Assembly (NCBI GenBank): GCA_037969075.1
Contig: JBBKWS010000103.1
Span: forward strand, 1 to 35,360
DNA length: 35,360 nucleotides
Reading direction: 5' to 3'
Source of the DNA: Bdellovibrionales bacterium
Lineage (GTDB): Bacteria; Bdellovibrionota; Bdellovibrionia; Bdellovibrionales; UBA840
Shown: positions 9,782-17,931 of the stretch, piece by piece
Numbering within the stretch: position 1 is the first letter of the stretch
Layout of the letters: every line of letters begins with the position of its first letter
Translations under genes and position numbers: made by a program
The notes under the pieces: generated by a model
Seen by the model: the letters and a program-made list of their open reading frames with translations, nothing else
The model's database searches: none
What the model was told of the DNA's origin: nothing

Positions 9782-11605
9782 ATGAACCAATTATTCAGGC
9801 GATGTATGTTTAGCCTGTGCGTCCTGTGGGCAGGTGCGGCCTTTGCACAAGTCCCAGTAGCCAGCGAAAGAGCAGCATCACCCATAGTCGTCGATGAGAC
9901 GCAGTTATCAGTGAAGTATGGTGAGTACGACGAAGTCGAACTTAACCTAGATGCAAACACAAGCAATAGACCAGTAAAATGGTCTGTCACCGCTGGAACA
10001 CTTCCAGAGGGTTTAACACTAGAAGACTCTAGTTCAAATACAGCATTTCTATACGGCACACCTATATTTACCGATCAGTGGTGCTTCTTAGTTTCGGCGC
10101 AAGTTGAGAACAATGTTTATAATCGTGAGCTTTGCGTATCGAGCGAAGATAACGATGAAATGGACTACCCACGTTTTAAGACGAAAAGCCTATTAAAGTA
10201 TGCAATCAAAAAACAACTTTACGAAGCTAAAATAGAAACCGATTCAGTTGTACCATTAGTTTTTACTGAAGTAATTAGCTCAACTATTCCTGCAACTGCA
10301 GATGTTAAAGTTGAAATCTCTAATGACTATGAAACAGTAAAAATCAGAGGTCGCTTTCAAACTGCCGGATTGCAATTACTCGCACTTCGATTAGTTGATA
10401 AAGATGGTTATGAGAACTTCCAACAATTTAGAGTAAATATATTTGAAGAAGAACCTCAGAACCAATGTCCTCCTGGATATTATTATGATGAGACGCTTGG
10501 ATATTGCGTTCAAGATCAACTACAAGAGTGTCCATCTGATACTTACTATGATCCTGAAAGAAATGTTTGTGTGCAGTACCCACAGGCACCACCATCTGTT
10601 TATTGCGGAATCGATTCTTACTACGATCATTTTTTATCTCGTTGTGTTCGTGTCGGATACCCACGTTGCCCACTAAACTCTTACTTTGATAGCTACTACA
10701 ATCAGTGCGTGCGCTATTCGTATTCATGTCCTGCCGGATTTAATTACGACTGGTCATCACGTCGCTGTGAATATGTATACAGAAGAACTTGCCCATCTGG
10801 TTTTAACTACGATTATGCAAGAGACACTTGTGTTCGCGAATACAGACATTGTTCATCTGGACAATCTTGGAACCCACGCACGAATCGTTGCGAATGGAAT
10901 TCAAATTATAGAAGCTGTAGAAGCGGCGAATACTATAGTCCGCAAACCAGAAGATGTGAATCTAGTCGCGTACGATGTCGTCCGCATGAGTACGACAATG
11001 GCAATAGATGTTTGCCACGCCAAGACGATCGAATTAGACGTTGTGGCCATGGTGAAACATACTCTCCTTCTTTAGGAAGATGCATTCCACATAGACAACC
11101 ACCACGTGTTGATCCACCTCGTAGACCTCTACCTCCTCGTGTTAACCCACCTGATCGTAGACCGCCACCAATTGGTAGACCGCCTCGTGCAGAACCTCCA
11201 CGTCAAAGACCACCGAGAGTGAAACCGCCACGTCAAGATCCACCTCCGACTCGTCCGCCGAGAGTTGATCCACCACCGCGTCAGGATCCGCCAACTCGTC
11301 CACCACGTGTAGACCCACCACCGCGTCAGGATCCACCAACTCGTCCGCCACGTGTTGATCCACCGCCACGTCAGGATCCGCCAAGTCGTCCACCAAGACC
11401 GACTCCACCTCCAAGAGAGGAGGAGCCAGTCAGAAATGATCCTCCTCCTAGGTTTGATCCACCTAGTAGAAGTGAACCACCTCCTAGCTTTGATCCACCT
11501 AGTAGAAGTGAGCCACCTTCTAGATCTGAGCCGCCAAGCAGAAGTGAGCCAGATAATGATGCTCGAGATAGGGCTGGAAGATGTTTAGATCGTCGTAACT
11601 GTTAA
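9782..11605 (+). CDS. Secreted protein with putative Ig (He_PIG-like) domains, Cys/Tyr-rich repeats and Pro/Arg-rich tandem repeats
   Basis: ATG 9782 follows AAAGGGGG; signal peptide ending AAFA; WSVTAGTLPEGLTL...GTP Ig-like motif; ten CPxGxxYD...C-type repeats; PPR/DPP repeats. Confidence 0.85.
   Translation: MNQLFRRCMFSLCVLWAGAAFAQVPVASERAASPIVVDETQLSVKYGEYDEVELNLDANTSNRPVKWSVTAGTLPEGLTLEDSSSNTAFLYGTPIFTDQWCFLVSAQVENNVYNRELCVSSEDNDEMDYPRFKTKSLLKYAIKKQLYEAKIETDSVVPLVFTEVISSTIPATADVKVEISNDYETVKIRGRFQTAGLQLLALRLVDKDGYENFQQFRVNIFEEEPQNQCPPGYYYDETLGYCVQDQLQECPSDTYYDPERNVCVQYPQAPPSVYCGIDSYYDHFLSRCVRVGYPRCPLNSYFDSYYNQCVRYSYSCPAGFNYDWSSRRCEYVYRRTCPSGFNYDYARDTCVREYRHCSSGQSWNPRTNRCEWNSNYRSCRSGEYYSPQTRRCESSRVRCRPHEYDNGNRCLPRQDDRIRRCGHGETYSPSLGRCIPHRQPPRVDPPRRPLPPRVNPPDRRPPPIGRPPRAEPPRQRPPRVKPPRQDPPPTRPPRVDPPPRQDPPTRPPRVDPPPRQDPPTRPPRVDPPPRQDPPSRPPRPTPPPREEEPVRNDPPPRFDPPSRSEPPPSFDPPSRSEPPSRSEPPSRSEPDNDARDRAGRCLDRRNC
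10466..11083 (+). repeat. Ten degenerate two-cysteine protein repeats (nine C-x12-C, one C-x10-C)
   Basis: Examples: CPPGYYYDETLGYC, CPSDTYYDPERNVC, CPAGFNYDWSSRRC, CPSGFNYDYARDTC, CGHGETYSPSLGRC. Confidence 0.85.
11231..11398 (+). repeat. Coding tandem repeat, about 45-bp unit (RQDPPTRPPRVDPPP), about 3.7 copies
   Basis: Near-identical peptide units whose DNA differs mainly at synonymous positions. Confidence 0.9.
11453..11551 (+). repeat. Coding repeat PPSRSE (four copies, two preceded by FD)
   Basis: FDPPSRSEPPPSFDPPSRSEPPSRSEPPSRSEP. Confidence 0.85.
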
Positions 11606-11622
11606 ATTAAATGTTACAAATT

Positions 11623-11655
11623 AAAAGAGGAGCCCAAAAGGCTCCTCTTTTTTTT
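11623..11655. terminator. Bidirectional rho-independent terminator
   Basis: AAAAGAGGAGCC-caaaa-GGCTCCTCTTTT plus T tract, between convergent genes. Confidence 0.9.
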
Positions 11656-11681
11656 CATCGAACATAATTGAAATAATATAA

Positions 11682-12398
11682 TTAATCTTTTTGGATTAAG
11701 GTATTTACTGATTTTCCATCCATAGTTCTTACATGCAATAGTAACTTTGCTGATGGTAAGCTACTTGTATCGATTTCTGTTTCATATACTACAGGAGTCA
11801 TCTTCATTGGACAAAAATCAGAAACCTTTTTCATGATTGGAAGAACCGAAATTGTATCTTTATTATTACTAATAGTTTCGAATCTATCTAACTCAAGACA
11901 CGGGCTATAACGCATTCCTTTTACTTTATACATATTGCTAGCTTCTAACGGCTCAATATAAAGTACATCCAAATACGTGTAGTCATCGATAAGTGAACTT
12001 TCGGTTTTATCAACCATTAAAGTACTTACAACTTCGTACTTTGTGCCTTTATTTACAGTAACTGTGTACAACCCAGCTGGTAATAAACCAACGCTAACTA
12101 CTTCTTTAAATGGAACTAACATCAAAGCGCAAAGTCTTTCACTTTCTTCTTTATCCTTTTTTTCGATGGCATCGATAGAAATATCGATTTGTGCACCAGC
12201 TACACTTACCTTTGTGATATTACGAGAGTAGCAACTAGAAGTGAAGCTACCTGTCACAACCACTTCTACCGAATCATTATTATCAAAGCCTTTTGGGACA
12301 AAGATATGGTCGGTTGGAGCGACTACAACAGATGAATCTGCAAACGCTGCTGTTTGAAAACTAAGAATCAATGGAACCATCAATAAAATTTGATACAT
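11682..12398 (-). CDS. Secreted hypothetical protein with two similar Cys-containing beta domains
   Basis: Signal peptide ending AAFA; VPKGFDNNDSVEVVVTG...SCY; CALMLVPF and CPMKMTP motifs; RBS AAGGGGG. Confidence 0.8.
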   Translation of the reverse strand: MYQILLMVPLILSFQTAAFADSSVVVAPTDHIFVPKGFDNNDSVEVVVTGSFTSSCYSRNITKVSVAGAQIDISIDAIEKKDKEESERLCALMLVPFKEVVSVGLLPAGLYTVTVNKGTKYEVVSTLMVDKTESSLIDDYTYLDVLYIEPLEASNMYKVKGMRYSPCLELDRFETISNNKDTISVLPIMKKVSDFCPMKMTPVVYETEIDTSSLPSAKLLLHVRTMDGKSVNTLIQKD

Positions 12399-12539
12399 AA
12401 AACCCCCTTGGTTTGTTAAACTATGCTTTAGTTAAAAAGATAAAAGCATGAGCTAGATCATATTTTGTGTAGTTATCGAATTTTTAGGGGTTAGAAGTCA
12501 ATGTAAGTAGACAGAGGTTAGACAAGTCTGCACTAGCAT

Positions 12540-13787
12540 TTACCAAGTAAAATCAGGATACTTGCTAAACATGTCAGATTCGCTGTCAGCATCTCTAATC
12601 TTTTGGATTGCACCATTTTCTTTTAATAAATATTCTGCAGGGCGCGGACGATGATTATAATTTGAGCTCATCACATGCCCATAAGCACCGCAGTTTTCGA
12701 TGGCTAAGATATCGCCAACCTGAGGGTTCGTTAGTTTTCTTGCTTCTGGGTACACATCAGTGTTTTCACAGATTTGACCACAAATCCAATAATCTCCTGT
12801 GGCTCCATCTCTAGAATCTAGCTGCGTCACTGGATGATAGGATTGATACATGGCTGGGCGGACCATCGTTGTCATTCCGCCATCAATACCCACAAAGTTT
12901 TTATAGGATTTTTTAATGTGATGAATTTTAGTTAATAAGATTCCAGCATCGGCAACAATATATCTTCCCGGTTCCATCGCCAGTTGCGGAGATCCAATTT
13001 GCAATGACGTAAGCCTTTCTTTAAACACATTCGCAACAGAAGAAAATAAAGATTTTAGATCTAAAGGATTTTCATCTCGGCGGTAAGGCACACCTAAGCC
13101 CCCGCCAATATTAATAAATTCTAGTGAAATTTTAAGCGGAGTGATTTGCTTTTCAATGATATCAAATAAAACTTTGGTGATGTCAGCAAAATGGTTAGCA
13201 TCTAAATTATTTGAGCCTGTCATAATATGAATGCCAAAGCGCTTAACCCCTGCTTTTATACAAGCCTCAAAAGCTTTTTTGGTTTCTTCATGTGGAATAC
13301 CAAACTTACCGTCTACACCGCCAGTGACAACCCCTGCATGTGATCCGCGCCCGACCCCTGGGTTGATACGAATCGATACTACGTCTGGCGCACCAAACAT
13401 TAAGACATCATCGATTCGACTATAATCATCCAAATTTAAAACACTACCGCAATCAAGTGCTACCTTAAAATCACTATTGGTTTCAAAGTTACCTGTATAG
13501 ATAGATTTTTTCATATCAAAGCCAATACGCTTTGCAAGTTTCAATTCGACGGGAGACGAGCAATCAGCCCCAATACCTTCTTCAACAGCAATTTTTAAAA
13601 CATGAGGGTTAGAGTTTGCTTTGATGGCATACTGCAGACGAAAATCAGGAAAAAATGGATGAGCTGCAGCCTTTAGGTTTCGAATATTTTCACGGATTCT
13701 TTTTTCAGAATATAAATAACAAGGAGTTTCTACTTTTTTAGAAAACTCTAACAAATCAAAAGATGTAAAATGAGAAAGACTAGCCAT
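12540..13787 (-). CDS. lysA: Diaminopimelate decarboxylase
   Basis: PLP lysine in YAIKAN; RINP...KFG; INIGGGLG; EPGRY; ICENTD; GAYG; SNYN. Confidence 0.9.
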   Translation of the reverse strand: MASLSHFTSFDLLEFSKKVETPCYLYSEKRIRENIRNLKAAAHPFFPDFRLQYAIKANSNPHVLKIAVEEGIGADCSSPVELKLAKRIGFDMKKSIYTGNFETNSDFKVALDCGSVLNLDDYSRIDDVLMFGAPDVVSIRINPGVGRGSHAGVVTGGVDGKFGIPHEETKKAFEACIKAGVKRFGIHIMTGSNNLDANHFADITKVLFDIIEKQITPLKISLEFINIGGGLGVPYRRDENPLDLKSLFSSVANVFKERLTSLQIGSPQLAMEPGRYIVADAGILLTKIHHIKKSYKNFVGIDGGMTTMVRPAMYQSYHPVTQLDSRDGATGDYWICGQICENTDVYPEARKLTNPQVGDILAIENCGAYGHVMSSNYNHRPRPAEYLLKENGAIQKIRDADSESDMFSKYPDFTW

Positions 13788-13829
13788 CACAAATAGCTTA
13801 AACCGCAGGTTGATTTAAGCAAGCAGGTT

Positions 13830-14009
13830 TTACTTAATTTCTTTGTGAACTGTGTGACGATTTAGAGCTGGGTTAAATTTCTTCTTCTCTAAACGCTCAG
13901 GATGAGTTTGTGTGTTTTTCTTAGTAGTGTAACGTGAAGGAGACTTACCTTCTTTACGAGCTTCTGTGCATTCTAATGTAATTATACGTACTTTACCTTT
14001 TTTGGCCAT
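13830..14009 (-). CDS. rpmG: 50S ribosomal protein L33 (absent from ORF track, 59 aa)
   Basis: Manual translation [67 protein letters not shown] upstream. Confidence 0.95.
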   Translation of the reverse strand: MAKKGKVRIITLECTEARKEGKSPSRYTTKKNTQTHPERLEKKKFNPALNRHTVHKEIK

Positions 14010-14145
14010 GTTGCCACTCCTACCTAAAACTCACTTTTTGACGAAGCAATGTTGTAAGGTATTTTGAGGGTTTATGTCAATTATTAAAAATATTTAGCCT
14101 ATTAGCTCAAATATATGGCACCTGAGGTTTTCCTGGCTATTTATT

Positions 14146-14312
14146 AACTGGCCTACAATCGTGTTGTTTTTAGTAATGGTATTATACTCTCAAAGAGTAA
14201 GCTGTAAACATGGGCGTTCGAGTTAGGCTGCAGAACAAAATGAAATAATATAATACTATCAATAGGTTGGACTGTGACTCTCAGCCATTAGCAACACGAT
14301 TGTAGGCCAGTT
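14146..14312. repeat. 167-bp intergenic element bounded by perfect 21-bp inverted repeats (MITE/REP doublet or structured RNA)
   Basis: AACTGGCCTACAATCGTGTTG (14146-14166) is the exact reverse complement of CAACACGATTGTAGGCCAGTT (14292-14312). Confidence 0.85.
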
Positions 14313-14326
14313 TAAGAGAATCATAC

Positions 14327-15196
14327 TTATTCCTCAAAAAAATGTTTAATGGGCTTTTTGTCTGTATACGAAAACGCAATTCCCTTTTCATAGTAAGCCG
14401 CTTCATTTACAAAAATCGGGTAATATCTTTTTACAGCTTCGCTGCTAATACTTTTCCCAGCAAATGTTAAAAATGCCGGCTTCTCTGCTAGCTGTTGATA
14501 ATCTTGTCCTTGTAAATCTGGATGAATCATTGCTGTAATATTGCCTGATTCATCTCTTGGATAATCTACATTACCCACTTCTTTATAAAAATAGGGCAAT
14601 TTAAAACTATAATCCACTCTGCCAGTTTTATTAAAAATTTCTATACTCTCCAAAACTTGAAGCAGTGCCGACTTTGTATCAATGTAGTTTTTTGCAACCG
14701 CTAGGTTTTGCGCAATAGGGCCAACCTCTAACATCAAACCATGTTTGGCAATCTGGTTTACGTAGTGCGTGTCTTGGTCTAACTCTAGGGTCTCTAATAT
14801 ATAAGATTGATTTAGCGCACCGGCGGCTCTGTAGCCAATTTGTCTAGACAGCAGGTCTTTCTTTGAGAAAATCCAAGTAACACCCATATTGGCCGTTGTT
14901 GTATGTAGATCAATTACAAAAGTGGTATCTGGATTTTTAATTTCTGCTTTTAATTCTTTTACTCTTTGAGCCTCATATATGCCATCCTCAAGATTTGCAT
15001 TAATGCTTCTATTTAAGTCGTGATCCATATAACGAAGATTGTTTTGAATGGCCTTGGGATTTCCCTCAAGATAAGAAATTTCAAAACTATGAAATGGGTT
15101 CATCCAATCATTCTTTAAATGTCTAACCAGATTAATACCAGTTTTTTCATTTCCATGGGTTCCACCGACTATAACTACATTGGTGATTTTATTCAT
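14327..15196 (-). CDS. Aspartoacylase (AstE/AspA family Zn amidohydrolase)
   Basis: GGTHGNE; RY..DLNR; DLHTT; EVGP; FVNEAAYYEKGIAF. ATG 15196 follows AGGTGG and overlaps the miaA stop. Confidence 0.9.
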   Translation of the reverse strand: MNKITNVVIVGGTHGNEKTGINLVRHLKNDWMNPFHSFEISYLEGNPKAIQNNLRYMDHDLNRSINANLEDGIYEAQRVKELKAEIKNPDTTFVIDLHTTTANMGVTWIFSKKDLLSRQIGYRAAGALNQSYILETLELDQDTHYVNQIAKHGLMLEVGPIAQNLAVAKNYIDTKSALLQVLESIEIFNKTGRVDYSFKLPYFYKEVGNVDYPRDESGNITAMIHPDLQGQDYQQLAEKPAFLTFAGKSISSEAVKRYYPIFVNEAAYYEKGIAFSYTDKKPIKHFFEE

Positions 15197-16097
15197 TGCT
15201 GCCACCTATAAAATTGCGAACCTGCTCTCTGCAGTCTACCATACTATCTAATTCACACCAATGGATCTGTGGATCTTTCTTTAACCACGTCATTTGCCTT
15301 TTCACTAGTTGCATAGTTTTAGTTGCAATTAATGGCAGTAATTCTTCCTTTTTAAGTTTACCATCTAGAACTTCATTGATCTCTTTATAGCCCACACTTT
15401 GCATAGGGTCCCAAGTTTGTAGGTTAAGCTTTCTCAGTGTCTCCACTTCTGCGACCCATCCAGTTTTTAACATTGATAAAACTCGGGCCTCTACTCGCCC
15501 CCGTAAAGTTTCTTTTTCGACCTGAATTCCAAGCTTAAATAAGGGGTAAGGAAAGACTTCAATCTTAAATTTTTTCTTTAACTCACTTGGGATATGTCCT
15601 AATCGCAAAATTTCAATGGCCCTAAAAATTCTATAAGAATCATTTTTATCAATTTCTTTAGCTCGAACAGGATCTTTAACTTCTAACTCTTTATGAAATA
15701 CAATAGCAGGTTTTGATTGCCACTCAGTCATCAATTGAGCTCTATCTGCATCATTCATTTTAGGGTTTTCACCCATTCCAAACTCTAGGGCCTTAAAATA
15801 AAAGCCTGTACCACCAACAACCCACATTATCTTTTGCTTTGATGATTTCAAGATTTCAAGCGCATCGCGCCTAAAATCTCCTGCTGTGTACTTTTCACCT
15901 GCTTTAACTGTGGATAATAGATGGTGCTTAATGCCACGTTGTTCTTCAAGATCAGGTTTTGAGCTACCTATATTGAGACCTTCGTACACTTGGATACTGT
16001 CACAAGAAATAATTTCTCCACCAAACTCTTTTGCAAGATCAATGGCTAATTTAGTTTTTCCGCTGGCTGTAGGCCCTAAGATAAATACGACTTTCAT
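15189..16097 (-). CDS. miaA: tRNA dimethylallyltransferase
   Basis: GPTASGKT; DSIQVY; VGGTGFY; VGYKE; KRQMTW; downstream of mutL. Confidence 0.97.
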   Translation of the reverse strand: MKVVFILGPTASGKTKLAIDLAKEFGGEIISCDSIQVYEGLNIGSSKPDLEEQRGIKHHLLSTVKAGEKYTAGDFRRDALEILKSSKQKIMWVVGGTGFYFKALEFGMGENPKMNDADRAQLMTEWQSKPAIVFHKELEVKDPVRAKEIDKNDSYRIFRAIEILRLGHIPSELKKKFKIEVFPYPLFKLGIQVEKETLRGRVEARVLSMLKTGWVAEVETLRKLNLQTWDPMQSVGYKEINEVLDGKLKKEELLPLIATKTMQLVKRQMTWLKKDPQIHWCELDSMVDCREQVRNFIGGSNE

Positions 16098-17893
16098 TAT
16101 CCTAAAATTCTTCCAAAAGATTTATCCAGTTGTGTAAAGCTAAATTCGACAAACACAGGTCTTCCGTGTGGGCAAAATGTAGAAAGAGGATATTCATCCA
16201 TTTGAGAAAGTAAGGCCTCCATCTCTGGGTGAGATAGGGCTTGTCCCGCGCGGATCACCGAGTGACAAGCAATCGTTGCGCAGATATCACCAATCTTTCG
16301 GTCAAATGCGGTTGAGTCTTCTAGTTCTGTTATTTGGTGAGCTAATTCTGTCATGGTGTTACCAATCACATGATCCTTAACTAAGGCAGGAGCCGAAATG
16401 ATAGCGAGTCTTCCACTATCCAGCATTTGTAATTCGAAGCCCAACTTTTCTAAATCAGCTTTTGCTTTATAAATTTTATCCATCGCAACTTCATCAATAT
16501 CTAGCTCATACGGAAATAAAAAACTTTGTGTTTCTATCTTTCCTTCTCGCCAAGAAATCATTAATTTTTCATAAGCGATTCTTTCGTGGGCAGCGTGCTG
16601 ATCTACAAGTACTAAGGCCGAAGAAGATTGAGCCAATATATAAGTTAGATTGCTTTGCCCAAGAACCTGCAGCTGACTCCAGTATGGCTTTACTTCAAAT
16701 GACTCACTGACAAGAGTCGGTAGCACCTTTTCTTGTTTTTTATTTTGATAAGAATCTAAAATACTACCCAAAGAGTCTTTAGTGCTTTCATCATCCCATG
16801 TTTTTTTTGCAAACTGTGTAGCTGTAAACTCAAAGTTAGCTTGTGGAAATGCTTGCGGTTTTAAGTCTTCGTATTGTGGCGTAGCAATGCGACCTTCACT
16901 TTGCACCAAACCACTACGCCACGGCGCCTTTTCGAGTTCCTGCTTTAAGGCTTCTCTTACAACTCTGAATACGGCTGAAGGCTCTCTAAACTTAACCTGT
17001 GATTTTGTGGGGTGCACGTTAACATCGACATCTTGCGGGTCACAATCAATCCATAAACATACTTGTGGAAACTCTCCATGCATCAACAAACTATCATAGG
17101 CACTTAACACAGCCGATTGGATGCTTCGATCTACAACCCATCTATTTTTTACAAACACCCAAATATTTTGCGATGTTCTTTGTACATCATTAGGAGATGT
17201 AAACACTGCATGTACTTTATAGCTACCTGATTCAAAGTGGGTCTCATACATTTTTTTAATTTCTAATAAATTTTCTACCCGGTACTTTCTCTCGTTCTGT
17301 AGGGGTAAATCGAAGAGCATTCTATCATCATAAAACAATTGAAAATGCACCCCCGGGTAAGACAGTGCAAAGGCTCGAAATACTTTTTTAATCTGCTGTA
17401 ATTCTCCTGCCTCAGTCTTTAAAAACTTTAATCTTGCAGGTACATTTTCAAATAAATTATTGATATGAATAGTCGTTCCTTCAACCCCGGTAGATACAGA
17501 TGGTTTTGTGATCTGTCCAAAGTGTGATGCTATTTCAAAACTGTCTTTATCTTTTTTTTGAGAAATGATTTTAAGATCGCTCACTGCGGCTACACAAGAA
17601 AGGGCCTCTCCGCGAAACCCAAATGTTGATAACTCCCAAAGATCAGCTGTAGAAGATATTTTACTAGTAGCATGCCTTTCAAGTGCCAAAGGTAGATCTG
17701 TTTTTTCGATCCCCTTGCCATTATCTTGAATCACAAAATTTCTGACGTCTTTTGATACTTTTACTTTTACATATGTGGCGTTTGCATCAATAGAATTCTC
17801 AACCAACTCTTTTACTAGATTCGCAGGTCTTTCTAAAACTTCGCCCGCGGCAATTTGGTGCACCACTTCTTCTGATAAACGATGAATTTCCAT
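16097..17893 (-). CDS. mutL: DNA mismatch repair endonuclease MutL
   Basis: IAAGEV; KELVENSIDA; GFRGEAL; DVNVHPTK; DQHAAHER; CPHGRP. Confidence 0.98.
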   Translation of the reverse strand: MEIHRLSEEVVHQIAAGEVLERPANLVKELVENSIDANATYVKVKVSKDVRNFVIQDNGKGIEKTDLPLALERHATSKISSTADLWELSTFGFRGEALSCVAAVSDLKIISQKKDKDSFEIASHFGQITKPSVSTGVEGTTIHINNLFENVPARLKFLKTEAGELQQIKKVFRAFALSYPGVHFQLFYDDRMLFDLPLQNERKYRVENLLEIKKMYETHFESGSYKVHAVFTSPNDVQRTSQNIWVFVKNRWVVDRSIQSAVLSAYDSLLMHGEFPQVCLWIDCDPQDVDVNVHPTKSQVKFREPSAVFRVVREALKQELEKAPWRSGLVQSEGRIATPQYEDLKPQAFPQANFEFTATQFAKKTWDDESTKDSLGSILDSYQNKKQEKVLPTLVSESFEVKPYWSQLQVLGQSNLTYILAQSSSALVLVDQHAAHERIAYEKLMISWREGKIETQSFLFPYELDIDEVAMDKIYKAKADLEKLGFELQMLDSGRLAIISAPALVKDHVIGNTMTELAHQITELEDSTAFDRKIGDICATIACHSVIRAGQALSHPEMEALLSQMDEYPLSTFCPHGRPVFVEFSFTQLDKSFGRILG

Positions 17894-17931
17894 GCTTGCA
17901 AATATGGCAATGTTTTTTACTGAAGTCTATT

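Noticed and set aside
11231..11551. Regular repeats as a possible CRISPR array
   Set aside because: The units are in-frame coding repeats with no unique spacers, and there are no cas genes.
10428..11588. Alternative-frame ORFs within the Cys/Pro-repeat gene (10443-10676, 10686-11075, 11142-11414, 11352-11588)
   Set aside because: They are shadow ORFs produced by repetitive, stop-poor codon usage, with no RBS or recognisable motifs.
14146..14312. Inverted-repeat element as 6S RNA, tRNA or retron msr-msd
   Set aside because: There is no long rod with a symmetric central bubble, no cloverleaf or CCA, and no reverse transcriptase nearby. It is kept only as an unclassified element.
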